Assembly (NCBI RefSeq): GCF_009914755.1
Contig: NC_060932.1
Direction: 5' to 3' (one strand)
DNA length: 64,000 nt
Source of the DNA: the human T2T-CHM13v2.0 reference genome, Homo sapiens
Positions 1 to 26,523 of the stretch are shown one piece after another. The notes below the pieces were generated by a model. The model saw only the letters and a program-made list of their open reading frames with translations. It was not told the origin of the DNA and ran no database searches. The stretch's first letter is position 1. Each line of letters begins with the position of its first letter. The translations under genes were made by a program, and so were the position numbers.

Positions 1-5659
<5,659 letters not shown>

Positions 5660-6014
5660 AATAAAATCAATAATTCTTAATTTACTCTTAAACAGAGATT
5701 GTCATGCTTTATGTGAGTTAAATTTCCAGAAAGTTGACAAGTGCCTCCAATTATCTCCTTAAATCACATTTGACATAAATCTTCCAAAATACACTATTTA
5801 TTTACACATCTTTTTTTAAAGTTATAAACATTCAGTATTGCATTGCATAGAAGTAAAAATTCTTGGTTTGATTTCTATTTTCTTTCCTTTGCCTGATTCA
5901 AGAAATCATCAGGTACTTCTCCTGCTGTCCACAGAGTGATCCATACAGTTCTTTCCTTACCCCTTTCCCTATGCTGAACAACAGGTAAGCAAACACAAAG
6001 GGTTTTTACAGGTT

Positions 6015-6312
6015 ACGCCTGTACTCCCAACTACTCAGGAGGCTGAGGCAGGATAATTGCTTGACCCAGGGAGGCGAAGATTGCAGTGAGCCTAGATGGC
6101 GCCACTGCACTCCAGCCTGGGTGACACAGCGAGAATCCATCAAGGAAAAAAATACAAAAATTTGCTGGGTGTAGTGGTGTGCACCTGTAGTTCCAGGTAT
6201 TCGAGAGGCTGAGGTGGGAGGATTGCTTGAGCCTGGGAGGTTGAGGGCTGCAGTGAGCTGTGATTGTGCCACTGCACTCCTTCCTGCCTGGGTGACACAG
6301 TGAGACCCTGTC
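6015..6312 (+). mobile_element. Alu composite made of two right arms (S-type arm followed by J-type arm)
   Basis: Both halves contain the right-arm-specific gcagtgagc...ccactgcactcc segment, joined by an A-rich linker. Confidence 0.75.
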
Positions 6313-6315
6313 ACA

Positions 6316-6420
6316 TGGATGGAAGGAAGGGAGGGAGGGAGGGAGGGAAAAGAAAGGAAAGGAAAAAAGTAAAGAGAAAAGAAAAGAAAGAGGGAAGGAA
6401 GGACGGAAGGAAGGAAATGA
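6316..6420 (+). repeat. GGAA/GAAA-rich low-complexity tract
   Basis: Seen directly in the sequence. Confidence 0.85.
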
Positions 6421-6476
6421 TACTATTTATTCATCTCCTGATTTAAAATATATACATATATATACATACTTCCTAA

Positions 6477-6852
6477 GGCTGAGTGCACTGGCTTACGCCT
6501 ATAATCCCAGTACTTTGGGAGACCGAGGCAGGTGGATCACTTGAGGTCAGGAGTTCAAGATCAGTCTGGCCAACATGGTGAAACCCCGTCACTACTAAAA
6601 ATACAAAAAATTAGCTTGGCATGGTGGTGCGCACTTGTAATCCCAGCTACTTGGGAGACTGAGCTGAGACAGGAGAATCGCTTGAAACCGGGAGGCAGAG
6701 GTTGCAGCAAGCCAAGACTGCCACCGTACTCCAGCCCAGACAACAGAGCGAGACTTTGTCTCAAAAAAAAAAAAATATATATATATATCTATACACACAC
6801 ATATATATACACACACACACTCACACACACACACTCTCTCTCTCTCACACTC
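6477..6852 (+). mobile_element. AluS whose tail has expanded into (TA)n(CA)n(CT)n
   Basis: Dimeric Alu. The TSD acttcctaa flanks the Alu together with the microsatellite. Confidence 0.92.
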
Positions 6853-9119
6853 ACTTCCTAAAGGCCTGAGAAAAAGAGAAGACTGATCTCCTCAAAAGTA
6901 TGTGGTTAACTGAATTCAAAACTAAATTTTTTTAACTATTCTATTTATCTAACTGATCAAAATTAATTTGGTGGTTTCATATTTAACTTTATAAAATAAA
7001 CTGAGTTTTAATTTAAAAAAATTTGTTTCACTTAACATTCTGATTAGACTTACTCCCATTTGCCACTACTCACTAATTTTAATCTCATAGCTGAATATAA
7101 ATTTATAAGCACTTTTATCCCTCTCCTGTTTAAAAGCTTTATATGTTTCAATGTGTACATCATCATTTCCCTTTACTAAACAGATAATCATTACTGTCTA
7201 CCACAGTGAAGATTCGGTTTACATATACTACAAGTTTCTTTGGGGGGAAGAAAAAGTTGTATGGAAACTAACAAATTTGGTTAACTCCTTGCCATCAAAC
7301 AAATCCAGTGTTTTTAATAGTTCTTCTTATTAGAAAATTTCTCCTTGAACATCTATATTCCAAATATTCCTTATTCTGCCCAGGAATGATAAAAGAAATA
7401 ATCAATCTCTGACAAACTGATAAACTAAAGCATATAAAACAAATGACCTCAGACTTAACACCTTTGAAAGACCCATTCTCAAATAACTGCAAATTTCCAA
7501 TTTAACCACTTTCATTTTCTAATTTAGTGCCATCTTTAAGTTCTTCGTATCCCTCAGACTATGACACCCTAAATATATGTCCTACAAAAACCTTAATCAG
7601 TGAAAAACAGTATTAATTTGTGGCCACTTAAGGAGAAGCAACTCCATTCTAAATTATCCAAGCTCAAGGCATCTCTTTTTGCCCCTAATTTTTGCTGGCC
7701 TAAGCAATACTACTTTACAAACAGGCCTGGTACCTAAACACGGTAAAAGGCTGAGAAAATGACTGGGAAACCAAATCCCAGTTCACTCAGTCTACAAGGC
7801 AGCACCACTGTTCTGGAGTGTTCCTAATTATATACAGCTAGTGGGCAGGCATAGTGGAAAGGGCTAGAACTCTGTGAGGATGAATGCAAGGCATTTCAGA
7901 AAGACTGGCTAGAATCCTCACTCCAATTAGGCAATACCACCAGTGGCTGGGCACCCCACTATAGATGGAGGCTGGGGAAACTCACCCACCACATCCTAAC
8001 TTTGTCTCTAACTTTGTTCTAGATAGCCATGTATATGTAGTAAATTGTATCATTTACTTATATTAAAATAACTATCAGGTTTTTTGCCTGTTATCAGCTG
8101 TGGGGTCTTCATGTCAATCACATCTTTGTCTCATTGTGGCAACTTTGTAGATTATTGATTACCTCATTAGCCTATATGTCTACCAAAACATGGCTGGAAA
8201 ACAAAACTTTAAAAATTGAAATCTTACCTAGGTTACCATATTTCCTGCTACTCTGGAAAACTTAGAGGGTTCAGATTTTAAATCAGTAATTATAATATTG
8301 TGATTACATGGTTTTAAAATGTCTTATTTTTGTTAGCCGCTCCTCCACTTGCACTGAGTTGGGATATTAACACAGAGGATATTTCTTTGGTGTCTAGGCA
8401 AAAACACAGAACAAACTGAGTTCATATCTCAGTTCTGCCACTGACAAGTTATGTCATCTTAAATAACATAATCTTATCCATTTCATCCAATCCACCCAAT
8501 GGAGGATAAAATATTTATTTCACAAAATTACTACAGTACAAAAAAAAAATGTTGGTAAAAAACTTCAATATTTCACTCACTTACCATAGTGTCATATCCT
8601 ACCAGCTTTCTCATATCTTAACTACCACTTTATCTCCTCTCTAACCTCCTGAGATTCTGATTTAATCTGTTTAGGGTAGGGCTCCCCAGATGACGGCTAT
8701 GCAGCAAGCATGGAGAACACTACCTATTCTTTGATCACCCCATTTCCTTACACTCTCTCTTTTCTTTCCAGACTGTGCCCTGTTAGTAACCCCTTGAACT
8801 GTCTCTCAGCAGCATCCTTAAATTCCCTATAGCCCCATCCTTCTAAGACACTCATTCATTAAAACCCAAACCCTCCATATCAAGGCCATAATGCATTCTA
8901 CTGCACAGCAGAGCACACTACCATAGGAAGGCCCACAAACCAGGATTAATTACACTATACTTTCCCAATTACCAATTTTAGCTGGGCCCTCAACAATTTT
9001 TCTCTCTTGGACAGCTCTTTCTTTCATTGCCCTCACTATACCCCCCACAAAACTACTGTAAACCTTGATGAAACAGTAAAGTTTATTAATTCTATTAAAT
9101 TTCTACACTTGAATATGTA

Positions 9120-9440
9120 TTTTTAATATTCTACATTGACAAAATGGAAAATATGCATAAAGCACTTCCCCACATATCAAAGAACAACAATAATCTGAAA
9201 AAAAGCAGTTGTGTGACTGAGCTGCAAGCTAAATAAACTACAAGGCTCTTTTCAAAGAACATCATTTTTACTTGAAGAATAACTAACAGAAAACTAAGGT
9301 TACACAGACTTGGGTATTTGACAGACATTTTCTCAAAAAGGAACCAAGTGAACCTGTCATTTCAAGGAAAACAAAAGGCAGTACTTGTTACCAGTGATAA
9401 AACTATCTGTTACATGATCTCAACAGCTTCCAATACTTGC
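9120..9440 (+). mobile_element. Charlie1-like hAT transposon fragment
   Basis: The motif cagacttgggtatttgacagacattttctcaaaa...tttcaaggaaaacaa resembles Charlie1 as recalled. Confidence 0.6.
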
Positions 9441-10288
9441 AGTTCAATACTCTACTTTGTAAGACAGCTCACAAACACAAGAAAAGTTAAATAATGATAT
9501 TATTTAAATAGGAAATAAACTATATTATGTTTGGAAATGCACGAGGCAACACTTGATTAACTGTCCAAAGAACTGGACTGTGAAGAAATTGCCTATATAC
9601 AAAATATGAGGAAAAAGAGAAATTTACTTGGGCGATAGCTGTCAAGAATGGCTCTACACAGGCATAAAATCCAAGTTGGGACTTGAAAAACTGGTAGGAT
9701 TTAGATTTAAAAAAAAAAAAACAGTGAGCAAGGCATCCTAGGAAGTTTGCAATACAGGTATATTTTTTTCTAAAAGAAATATTATTTTCAGGTATATTTT
9801 TAATAATGTATAATGTATTCATTCAAACTCTCAGGTAATATTAGAAGATCCTTAAAGGAAGAGGCCACATATTACAATTCTCTGCTATCTGAGCACAGGA
9901 TCAAATTTAACATGTTGAACTATTTGGTTGGAAAAATAAGATTTACACAGGGAAGAAGCAGAATAGTAATAATGGAAGTCCTAAGTTAAATCCCAGCTCT
10001 TGTACTTACCTAGGTTGCCTTGGGTAATTTAGTAAACCTCACTGATTCAAACTCAAATACACCTACTTTGAGGATCACCCTACAAACATCCTAACTAAAA
10101 GAACCACAGATAACTAATGATCAGAGATGAAATAAGACTTTGTGTTCCTGTTTTTATGCTGACCTTGTTGTTTTTCAAGTTATTTTCAAACAATTGATGC
10201 ATTTTTATCTTTCATTTACCAAAAGGAATTTATATACACCAGGAAGATGATACATATTGTATACAATTACATTACTCAAAGAACTCTA

Positions 10289-10572
<284 letters not shown>

Positions 10573-11608
10573 ACTCTCTTTAAAATGTTTCAATACAGCA
10601 GACAGATTTTTAAATATTTTCTGTATAATACACTGTTACCTATATTATCGAAATTTAACCCACAATGGCATTATAATATCAGATGTAATTCCAATTTATT
10701 CTTCTTCAGATATTCTAAAATATCTGAATTTTTATGCATTCTTCCTCTTTCTATCTATTTACTTCACATTCCTCCAGCCACCATGATATTATCTTCTCTT
10801 TTCTACAAATACACACATACATACACTCCTCCCCTCATTCCTACATCCTTATTGAGATAACTACAGCCACTAGAGGGCAATAAGTATACAAAGATCAGTG
10901 TACCTATTTATGATGATGAACTTATCTATATGATTCACATAGTAATAAACCTAAAAAGTATATCATCACAAACCCTGAAACACAGGCAATTAGACTTGAA
11001 TATGCAAAATATATATTTCAAACTCAAAAATTATCCTGCAGAGTTCACAGAAGCATATAATGATGTTCAAAAAAGGAATTCCATTTTCTCAGCATGCATT
11101 CATTAAAAAAAATTAGCCGAATTCCTTTATATGTGCATAGTAATATTAGAAATTAGGATTGCTTAATACCATCCTCAGACCAAAGAAGAGAAAAGGCAGA
11201 AAAAAAAAAACACACAGTAAGGTATAAATCACAGAGTGGGTAAAAAAGTGAGAAATGATTACTTCCAACTCTTTCACTACCACAATCAAGAAAACAATAA
11301 ACTGAAGAGCAAAGAGGATTTACCAACCCTTTCTTCTATTGAAAAGCAAGCAAAAATTTTACAAGTATATTTTTGGGGGAGGAGAACAGTGATGGTAGAG
11401 ATATACAAAGCCTTCAGTTCTTTTCTCACAATTAAGAATGCAGAAGGAAGAGAAGTTAACAGTTACTAATCTTTAAGAGGTAATTTTACCATTTTTAAAA
11501 AGAATACATTTAAATGAACTTATTTAGTTTATATTTACTTACATTGACATTACAAAACGGCAACACTTATATAAGGCTAACATTTTCAGCAAACCATAAT
11601 TTTCTTAC

Positions 11609-11776
11609 CCTCATTGGATGTATATCAGCATAAGGAGGTTTTCCTTCAGCCATTTCTATAGAAGTAATGCCAAGGGACCAGATGTCGGCCACACAGTTAT
11701 AGCCTATTTCTTGAATCACCTCAGGAGCCATCCAAAATGGAGTTCCTATTACAGTATTGCGTTTTGCCATTGTATC
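11609..11776 (-). CDS. STK3: STK3/MST2 coding exon (probably exon 6, 168 bp): [56 protein letters not shown]
   Basis: Lies inside ORF 11567..11839 and contains the activation loop and APE motif. The GITSIEM sequence fits MST2 rather than MST1. Acceptor is ttgcag|GAT and donor is AGG|gtaaga, phase 0/0. Confidence 0.97.
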
Positions 11777-12288
11777 CTGCAATAATGTTACATAGCCATA
11801 AATGCTACTACAAAAGCACAAAGGAAATCTGTATGCCAAACATACTTTTAAAAAATGTTAAAACCTCCAATGCCACAGATTATATCAGAAATTGACTATT
11901 TTGCTAAAATTTCAACTAGTTATGACATACTTAGGAATTCCGAATTCTGAAAATAACCAAGAGTCCACAGGTAACTTATCCACACTACCATCATTAAACA
12001 CAGTCATTAAAGATAGTGCTACAATGATAAAAGCTACAGAAATGAGCTACGTAGCTTCCCTTTTAGAACATTTAAGCATTTTGATTATAAGATATATTTT
12101 CACATTCAATCACCCTAAATTATAAATTAAATAATACTCAAATTTGGCTCAATTATGGTTCCTTCTCCACAAAAATTAAAAAACTACACATTTCTTTCCA
12201 TTCCCCCTCAAAAAGTAATTGAAGTTTAGTTATAATCAAATCTGAACAAATTAGCCAAGTGTTTAGAAAACCATTAAAGTTAACTTAC

Positions 12289-12453
12289 TGTTAACTGACC
12301 AGCCACTCCAAAATCTGCCAATTTTGCATGTCCTTCTGTATTGAGGAGAATATTTCCAGCTTTTATATCTCTGTGTATTTTTCTCATAAAGTGCAAATAT
12401 TCTAGTCCTTTCAATGTAGATTTAAGAATGGTTGCAATTTCATCTTCTATTAA
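12289..12453 (-). CDS. STK3: STK3/MST2 coding exon (probably exon 5, 165 bp): [55 protein letters not shown]
   Basis: Contains the catalytic loop HRDIKAGN and the DFG motif. Acceptor is tttccag|TTA and donor is ACA|gtaagt, phase 0/0. Confidence 0.97.
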
Positions 12454-12556
12454 CTGGAAAGAAATATTTTTAAAACCATAATTAAAATGCCACGTTAGAT
12501 AAAATCTTACGAAAGAGCACTAGTAACAAGTATGTCTTTCCGTGTGTGTGTGTGTG

Positions 12557-12846
12557 TTTTTTTTTAAGAGACCCCACTCTGTTGCCCAGGCTACAGTGCA
12601 GTGGTGTGATGATAGCTCACTGCAGCCTAAAATTCCTGGGCTCAAGGCATGCTCCCACCTCAGCTTCCCGAGTAGCTAGAACTACAGGCACATGCCAACC
12701 CAATAGGCTAACTTATTTTTATTTTTGTAGAGATGGGGATCTCGCTATGTTGCCCGGGCTGGTCTTGAACTCTTTGCTTCAAACAATTCTCCTTCCTCAG
12801 CTTCCCAAAGTGTTGGGATTATAGGTGTGAGCCACCATGCCTAGCC
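12557..12846 (-). mobile_element. AluJ about 100 nt upstream of the exon 5 acceptor
   Basis: Reverse-strand Alu dimer with J-type features. Confidence 0.92.
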
Positions 12847-12999
12847 ACAAGTACTTCTTTCTAATGACCGCTAAACCTCCAGGAAAATGCTAAAGGGGTA
12901 AATAATCGAGAACCTCTTCTTCCCACAATAAGCTTTCTTATTACACATTTTACTAATGAAAGGATGATCAAATTTCTCTCTTTAAGATTATCAGTATCA

Positions 13000-13336
<337 letters not shown>

Positions 13337-13835
13337 TCAGCCTGATATAAGGAATCATAATAGTGATTTCCCACATCTTCTAATACTGGGAGGGCACTAT
13401 CACAGCTAATATCTGTTCTGAAAAAGTAAATTCAGATACTTCCCCTGAGATATTTCAGATTCTTGATGAAAATGAAACCAACAGCTTTACATAAAGGAAA
13501 GTAAATGAGGGAGGGAGGCTTGCAATGAATCTTCTGCGAGAAGCTCCTACACCAATGCCACTCCTAACCCTTCCAAGTTCTGGACTTCTGACCTAATATT
13601 GAGAACTCAGAAGAAAAAACGTCAGAGAAAGATTAGGAAAATGGAAACACAAGCAAAGACTATCAGAGGAGGGAAAAAGGGGAGAGTAGAGAAGGCCGAG
13701 GAAGAGACGGATGGGAAAGAAAGAAAATCTTCTTAACAGTTGTAGCAGTAGAGCCACTGCTATCTGTACCAGGCAATGTGCTAAGAGTTATGCATGCATT
13801 CTCTCATTTATTCTTAAAACAACCTTGTAAGGTAG

Positions 13836-14260
13836 TGTGATATTATGAAATCACAGGAAATATTTGGTCTTTGTAGGTTCTTGGCACAAAATCTCCTAAG
13901 ACCCTGTGAATTGACTGAGTGAGTGAGAAGTTGAATCAAGATATTTTATCTTTGTTTTCTCACCCTCTCACAAGAGTGAGAGGGGCTGTCTTTTGTCATT
14001 CATAATAAGCTCCTTTCAACCATACCAGAATTTATACTGATCAGGTGACTCTTGGTGGGAGCCTAGATAGCTTCAGGATGGGAGCTGGTTGCCGAAAAAA
14101 CCAACCAAGTGATTAGATGTTTGGAAATTTCTGCCTGACCCCTGACTTACGGGAGGGCTGCAAGGAGAGAGGGGGTAGAGATTTAGTTAAGCACAAATGT
14201 CCAAAGACTTAATCAATCATGCCTATGTAACAGAATCAACCATAAAAATTCTAAATGATT
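13836..14260. mobile_element. MER21-like ERV LTR fragment
   Basis: The motifs cataataagctcctttcaaccataccagaattta and ctagatagcttcaggatggg resemble MER21 as recalled. Confidence 0.6.
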
Positions 14261-15033
14261 AGGGACTGCTCTCAAGCTTATATTCTATCTATAAGCAACG
14301 GGATAATTTGATAGAAAATAGGATAACACAGGAAAATGTCTGTGAAAATTGCTATGAGGACAACAATAGAGAGCTACTGATAGAGAACGACTGAGAAGCT
14401 ACTTTAGATTGACATTCAAGAAGGCCCAAAAGACATTTTACTGAAGTCTAAATGATATAATGGGGCCAACCATGTGAATGGCTATCTGGGAACATACACT
14501 CCACAAAAAGGAAAAAAAAAGATTAAAATATCTTGATTCAACTTCTCAAATTTTCTAAAACACTGAAGAAAAGAGAACACTTCCACACTCATTTTAAGAG
14601 GCATTATTCTGATATCAAAGCCAGACAAAGTTACCACAAAACAACTAAGACCAATATCCCTTATGAACATTGATACAAAAATCCTCAACAAAATATAGCA
14701 CACTCACTTCAACAGGATTGTAACAGGTTATACACTATGACCAACTGGAATGTATTCCTGGAATGCAAGGTTGATTCAACATACAAAATCGAACAATGCA
14801 ATACACCACCTTAACAGAATGGAGAAGAAACCACATGATCATTTCAAATGAAAACAGAAAAAGCATTTGATTAAATTTAACTTCTTTTCATAAAACACAC
14901 AACTAATATGAATAGAAGGAAACTATCTCACCATAGTAAAAGCCATATACAAAAAACCCAAAGTAAATGTCATACTCAAAGCAGTAAGACTGAAAGCTTT
15001 TCCACAAAGATCAGGAACAATGAAAGGATGCTA

Positions 15034-15121
15034 TTAGGTTGGTGCAAAAGTAATCGCAGTTTTTGCCATTTTTTTTTTTAAAGTAATGGCAAAAACCGAA
15101 ATTACTTTTGCACCAGCCTAA
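15034..15121. mobile_element. MADE1 (Hsmar1-derived MITE), palindromic
   Basis: TIRs ttaggttggtgcaaaagtaat ... attacttttgcaccagcctaa, flanked by TA on both sides. Confidence 0.93.
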
Positions 15122-15299
15122 TACTTCTGTTACATATAGTACTGGAGGTTCTAGACAGAGCAATTAGGGAAGAAAAACAAATAAAGGCATCCAAACTGGA
15201 AAAAAAGAAGTAAAATTATCTCTGTTCACAGATGATATGATCATATATGTAGAAAATTCTAAAGATTCCACAAAAAAAACCTATTAGAACTAATAAATA

Positions 15300-21433
<6,134 letters not shown>

Positions 21434-23649
21434 AGAACTAATAAATAAATTCAACAAAGTAGCAGTATACAAAATCAACCCAAGAAAATCAGATATATTT
21501 TTATACATTACCAATGAGCAATCTGAAAAGGAAACTACAAAAAAAATTCTATTTACAATAGAAATAGAATTTCTTTATTTTAAAGAATAAAATACTTAGG
21601 AATTAATTTCACCAAGGAGGTGAAATATCTGTACAATGAAAACTACAAAACACTGCTGAAAAAAAATTTTAGGACATTAATAAATAAAAACCTATCATAT
21701 CTTCATAGATAAGAAAATTTAATGTTTTTAAGATGCCCATGCTACCCAAAGCAACCTACAGATTCAATGTAATCCCTATCAAAATCCCAATGATGTTTAT
21801 TGCAGAAATAGAAAAACTTATCCTAAAATTTGTATGAAATCTCAAGGGGCCCCAAAACAACACTGAAAATAGAAGAACAAAGCTAAAATTCTCATAGTTC
21901 CTGATTTCAAAACTTATTACAAAGCTATAGTAATCAAAACAATGTGATATTGGCATAAACACAGACAGATAGATGGGAGGAACAGAGTAGAAAACCCAGA
22001 AATAACCCTTGTATATATAATCAAATTATTTTCAACAAGAGTGTCAAGAACATTCAATAGGAAATGAACAGTATTTTCAAGAAACAGTGCTGGCACAACT
22101 GGATATCCGTGTGCTAAAGAATAAGTAGAATCCTTACCTAGCACCATATACAAAAATTAATTGAAAATGAATCAAAGACCTAAACATAAGACCTAAAACT
22201 ATACCACTCTTGGGAAAAAATAAAACAGGGCAAAAACCTCATGATACCAGATTTGGTAATGATTTCTCAGATACGACCAAAAAGGCACAGAGAACACAAG
22301 AATAAAACAGACAAATTGGACTTCATGAAAATTAAAAAAAAAAACCTGTGCATCCCAAGACAATATCAACAGAGTAAAAAGACAACCCACAGAATGGGAG
22401 AAAACATTTAAAAATTACGTATCTGATAAGACATTAATATACAGAATATATAGAGAACTCCTAAAACTTAACAATAAAAAAATCAAATTCAAAAATGGGT
22501 AAAGGACTCGTATGGACATTTCTCCAAAGGTATACAAATGGCCAAGAGGCACGTGGAAAGATCCTCAACATCACCAATCATAAGACAAATATAAATCAAA
22601 AACATAATGAGATACCACTTCACACCCATTATGACGGCTATTATCAAAAGACAGAAAAGAACAAATGTTGGCAAAGAAGTAGAGAAATTGGAAACTTTGT
22701 GTATAGCTAATGGGAATGTAAAATGGTACAGCCTCTGTGGAAAATAGTATGAAGATTCCTTTAAAAGTTAAACATAAAATTACCTTTTGACCCAGCAATT
22801 CCACTTTTGGGTAAATACTCAAAAGAATTAAATGCAGGGTCTCAAAGAGGTGTTTTTGAACAAGTTTCACCTCACGATGAACGTACACCCATGTTCATAG
22901 TAGCATTATTCACAATGGCTAAAAAGTGGAAGCAACCCAAATGTCATTCGACAGACAAATGAATAAGTAAAATGTGGTAGAAACATACAATGGAATTTTA
23001 TTCAGCCTTAAAAGGGAAGGCAATTCTGCAATATGCTACAACATGGCTGAACCTTGAGTACATTATGCTAAATGAAGTAAGTCGGTCACAAAAAAAGGCA
23101 ACTAATGTATGATCCTGCTTATATGAAATACTCAGAGTTACCAAAATCACACATCTAGATAGACAGTAGAACAGTGGTTGCCAGGGGCCGAGGTAGCACA
23201 CAATGGACAGTTAGTGCTTAATGGGTACAGAGTTTCAGTCTTACAAGATGAAAAGAGTTAGGGGGATGGATAATGGGGATGCTTACACAACTTTATAAAT
23301 GTATTTAATGCCACTGAACTGCACACTTAAAAATGGCTAAGATGGCAAATTTTGTTTATGTGTATCTTGGCACAATAAAAATAAAACTGAGGGGGGGAAA
23401 TGCCTTGATTCAAGAAAAAGCTCACCATATTTGAGTTGAATAAAGAAGGCTGAAGTTTAATGCACCAGAAGACTAGCTCTAGATGAGATCTGAGAGACAG
23501 GCAAGGACCAGATCATGTAAGGCTTTCCTGGCCATAGGTAAGCAGTCTGGATTATCTGAAAATTCTGGTACTTCCAGGAATTTATTCTCTCCTTCAGACT
23601 AGATGGTCTGACTTGACAGCGCAGAGAAAGCAAGCACCATACTCTAAAG

Positions 23650-24042
23650 CTGCACCATCCAACAGAGTAACCACTAACCACACATGGCTCCTAAACATTT
23701 GAAACGTGGGTATTCTAATTTCAGTTATGCTATAAATGTAAAATATACACCAAAGATCAAGGCTTAGTACAAAAAGAATGCAAGCTATTTTGTTAAAAAT
23801 TCACATACTGATTACCCACTAAATATTTACATATTATGTTATGATATTAATATATTAATGTTGAACATATAAAATGTTAATGTTTAATATAGTAAGTATT
23901 AAATATGGTATTTCATATTATATAATATTGTTATTTATTAATATGTGTGATACATTATGAAAGTTAATTTCACTTTTTTTAATGTGGCTACTCAAAAATT
24001 TAAAATTACATGTGGCTTGTGTTTCTTTTGGACAGTACTGCA
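23650..24042. mobile_element. MER33-like hAT MITE
   Basis: Termini ccaac..taaccactaaccacacatggct and tgtggctact...ttggacagtactg. Confidence 0.7.
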
Positions 24043-25611
24043 CTAGAAAGGGTCCACAAGAATGTTTTGTGAACACTTTGTTCACTGATGTATCCACAAT
24101 GCTTGGAACTATGCCTGGCGTACAGATAGCACTTGATAAATAATGAATGAATGGGTACAGACTTGTCGATACAAAAAGAAAGGAGACACCTTCATCTGAT
24201 GTTCCCAATCTTTCTAAGTTAGTGGTGTGCAGCCAAATGTGGGGGAGTGGGAGGTAGGAGTGTGTTTAGGGCCACCATAATGGACCACTACAGACGGTGG
24301 GCAAGGTGGTGGTGCTCTCATGTGCACCTAGCTTTTCTCGTCTGTCCTCATCCTCCACTCTTTGTATAAAGACTAAAAAGCTTGGGGTGTTAATAAAGGC
24401 AGCATCAGCCCATAAAACTGTGTCTTATTTAGTTACTTCAGTACAGACCTTTTTAGTTACCTAGACTTCAATTTTTATCTCTTAACATTCTATTTCCAAC
24501 CAATAAGTCACTAATTTTCTATTAACTCTGATTTGTTATCTCTGCTCCTGTACCCTATATATCACTGCTCTACTAAAGAATGTTCAGAATTAAATAAACT
24601 GACTGTACTTCAGGGTCTTAGGATCTGTCTGATTTTAATGCTATAAAGCCACTGGACAAATCCACAGCAAGTCTAAAGGAGGATTTTCCAGGGATATTAT
24701 ACTAATTCATGAACTGTCTGGCTTTGCTCAATGACTTGAAAGGGTCATTCCAACTCTATGATTCTATGTTATCAAAGTATCTTCATGTAGAGGCAATCTT
24801 CACTAAATAAAATTCTCACTCATTTGGGCATCAATCTATGTGTTCATTTAGTAAATATATTCTTGACTGGCTCTACCACAGCGCTGATACTCTTCAAGGT
24901 GCTGGATATACACGGACAGGGAAACTGATAATCCCAGTCCTAATGAGCAGACAAGAATATCTGAGGGCATAACCTGAATTTGGCTCTGAACTGTTAAAGG
25001 TGGAGAGTGCAGATCTGAAGTTTATACAGCCTCTCTTTCATTATGCTTCCCTTTGGTAACAAATCCCTCCCACTACTTCAGAGAGTCAATGTCTTCCCAT
25101 TCGCTTCATATCCTCCTTAATCAAAAAATGATGCAATATCCAGTCATTCATACAAGTACATGAATAGAGCTTAATTTAAATTTATTTTAACAACCCAATT
25201 TAGTATTAAGGCTTATAAGCAGTATCTGTACTTTAAGACTTTTAAATTCAATTATGAAATGAAAGGTTCCTATCCCTCAATAAAATCACTTTAAACAACA
25301 ATAAACAGGTGGAGAAATATTTTCTAGAACGTAAAGGCATACTGTTGTCTTAAATTTTTATATTTATTTACAGTTTATAAAAAGTATTTTATGTGATTTC
25401 TCTACTTAAGTAAGTAAGCAGAAACACTTATTATTATTCCTTTTAACAGACGAGGAAACGAATTCAGAGAAATTAAATGGACTACCGAATGTCATACAAC
25501 TACTAAGTAGCAAACCTCACATTTCTTCAACAATCAATATTACTTCCATCCCACCACTGCCAGATGTCACAAACATAAATATATGAATTAGTCTAATATA
25601 AGAAAAACTGG

Positions 25612-25967
<356 letters not shown>

Positions 25968-26523
25968 TCATTAAAGCAAATGTCTAATTAGAACAGTTGC
26001 CAACCACAATACCAACCAATCAAAACAGCTACCAGTGGTAAACAACAGTAAGAACAGATACCAGCCATAAATAGGCAGTAAAAAAAAATCATCCCTGAAT
26101 ATCAGACAGAGTACCTGCCCCAGCTCAGCATTCAAATTTAAATTATTTTCAATGGTATGCCAGCCAAACAAAACAAATATACCTGTTAATGAATTGTAGA
26201 AGTAAGCACACTCACCTGGCCAATAATTTTTTTGATTCCTTTCACCCTGAGTACATTAATGGGTGGCTTTATGAGCATTTTATTGAAAACAGATGCTTAA
26301 TTCTGCTAAAACAAATATATAAATCAAAGATTTAAACATTTTAAAAATACTTAGAAGAAAACCAAAGTAAGTTTCAAATCACTAAGCAGGAAAGATAGTT
26401 TCTAATCAAAAAAAGCAAAGAAAGAATTATGAGAACTTATTAGTTTTGTCTACACAAAAACTTAAAATACATAAGCTTAGAATACATACAAGGTTCTACA
26501 TAACCTTAGAAAACTCAGAAAAA

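Noticed and set aside
6006-6861. Alu-derived ORFs here and at 12546, 25672, 35648, 36640, 42925, 59605, 61018 and 62628
   Set aside because: Standard spurious Alu translations (LECSG.../SASRVAG...), with no gene structure.
11567-11839. 90-aa ORF as a standalone small kinase gene
   Set aside because: Only 11609-11776 is kinase-like and it is bounded by splice sites; the flanks are intron.
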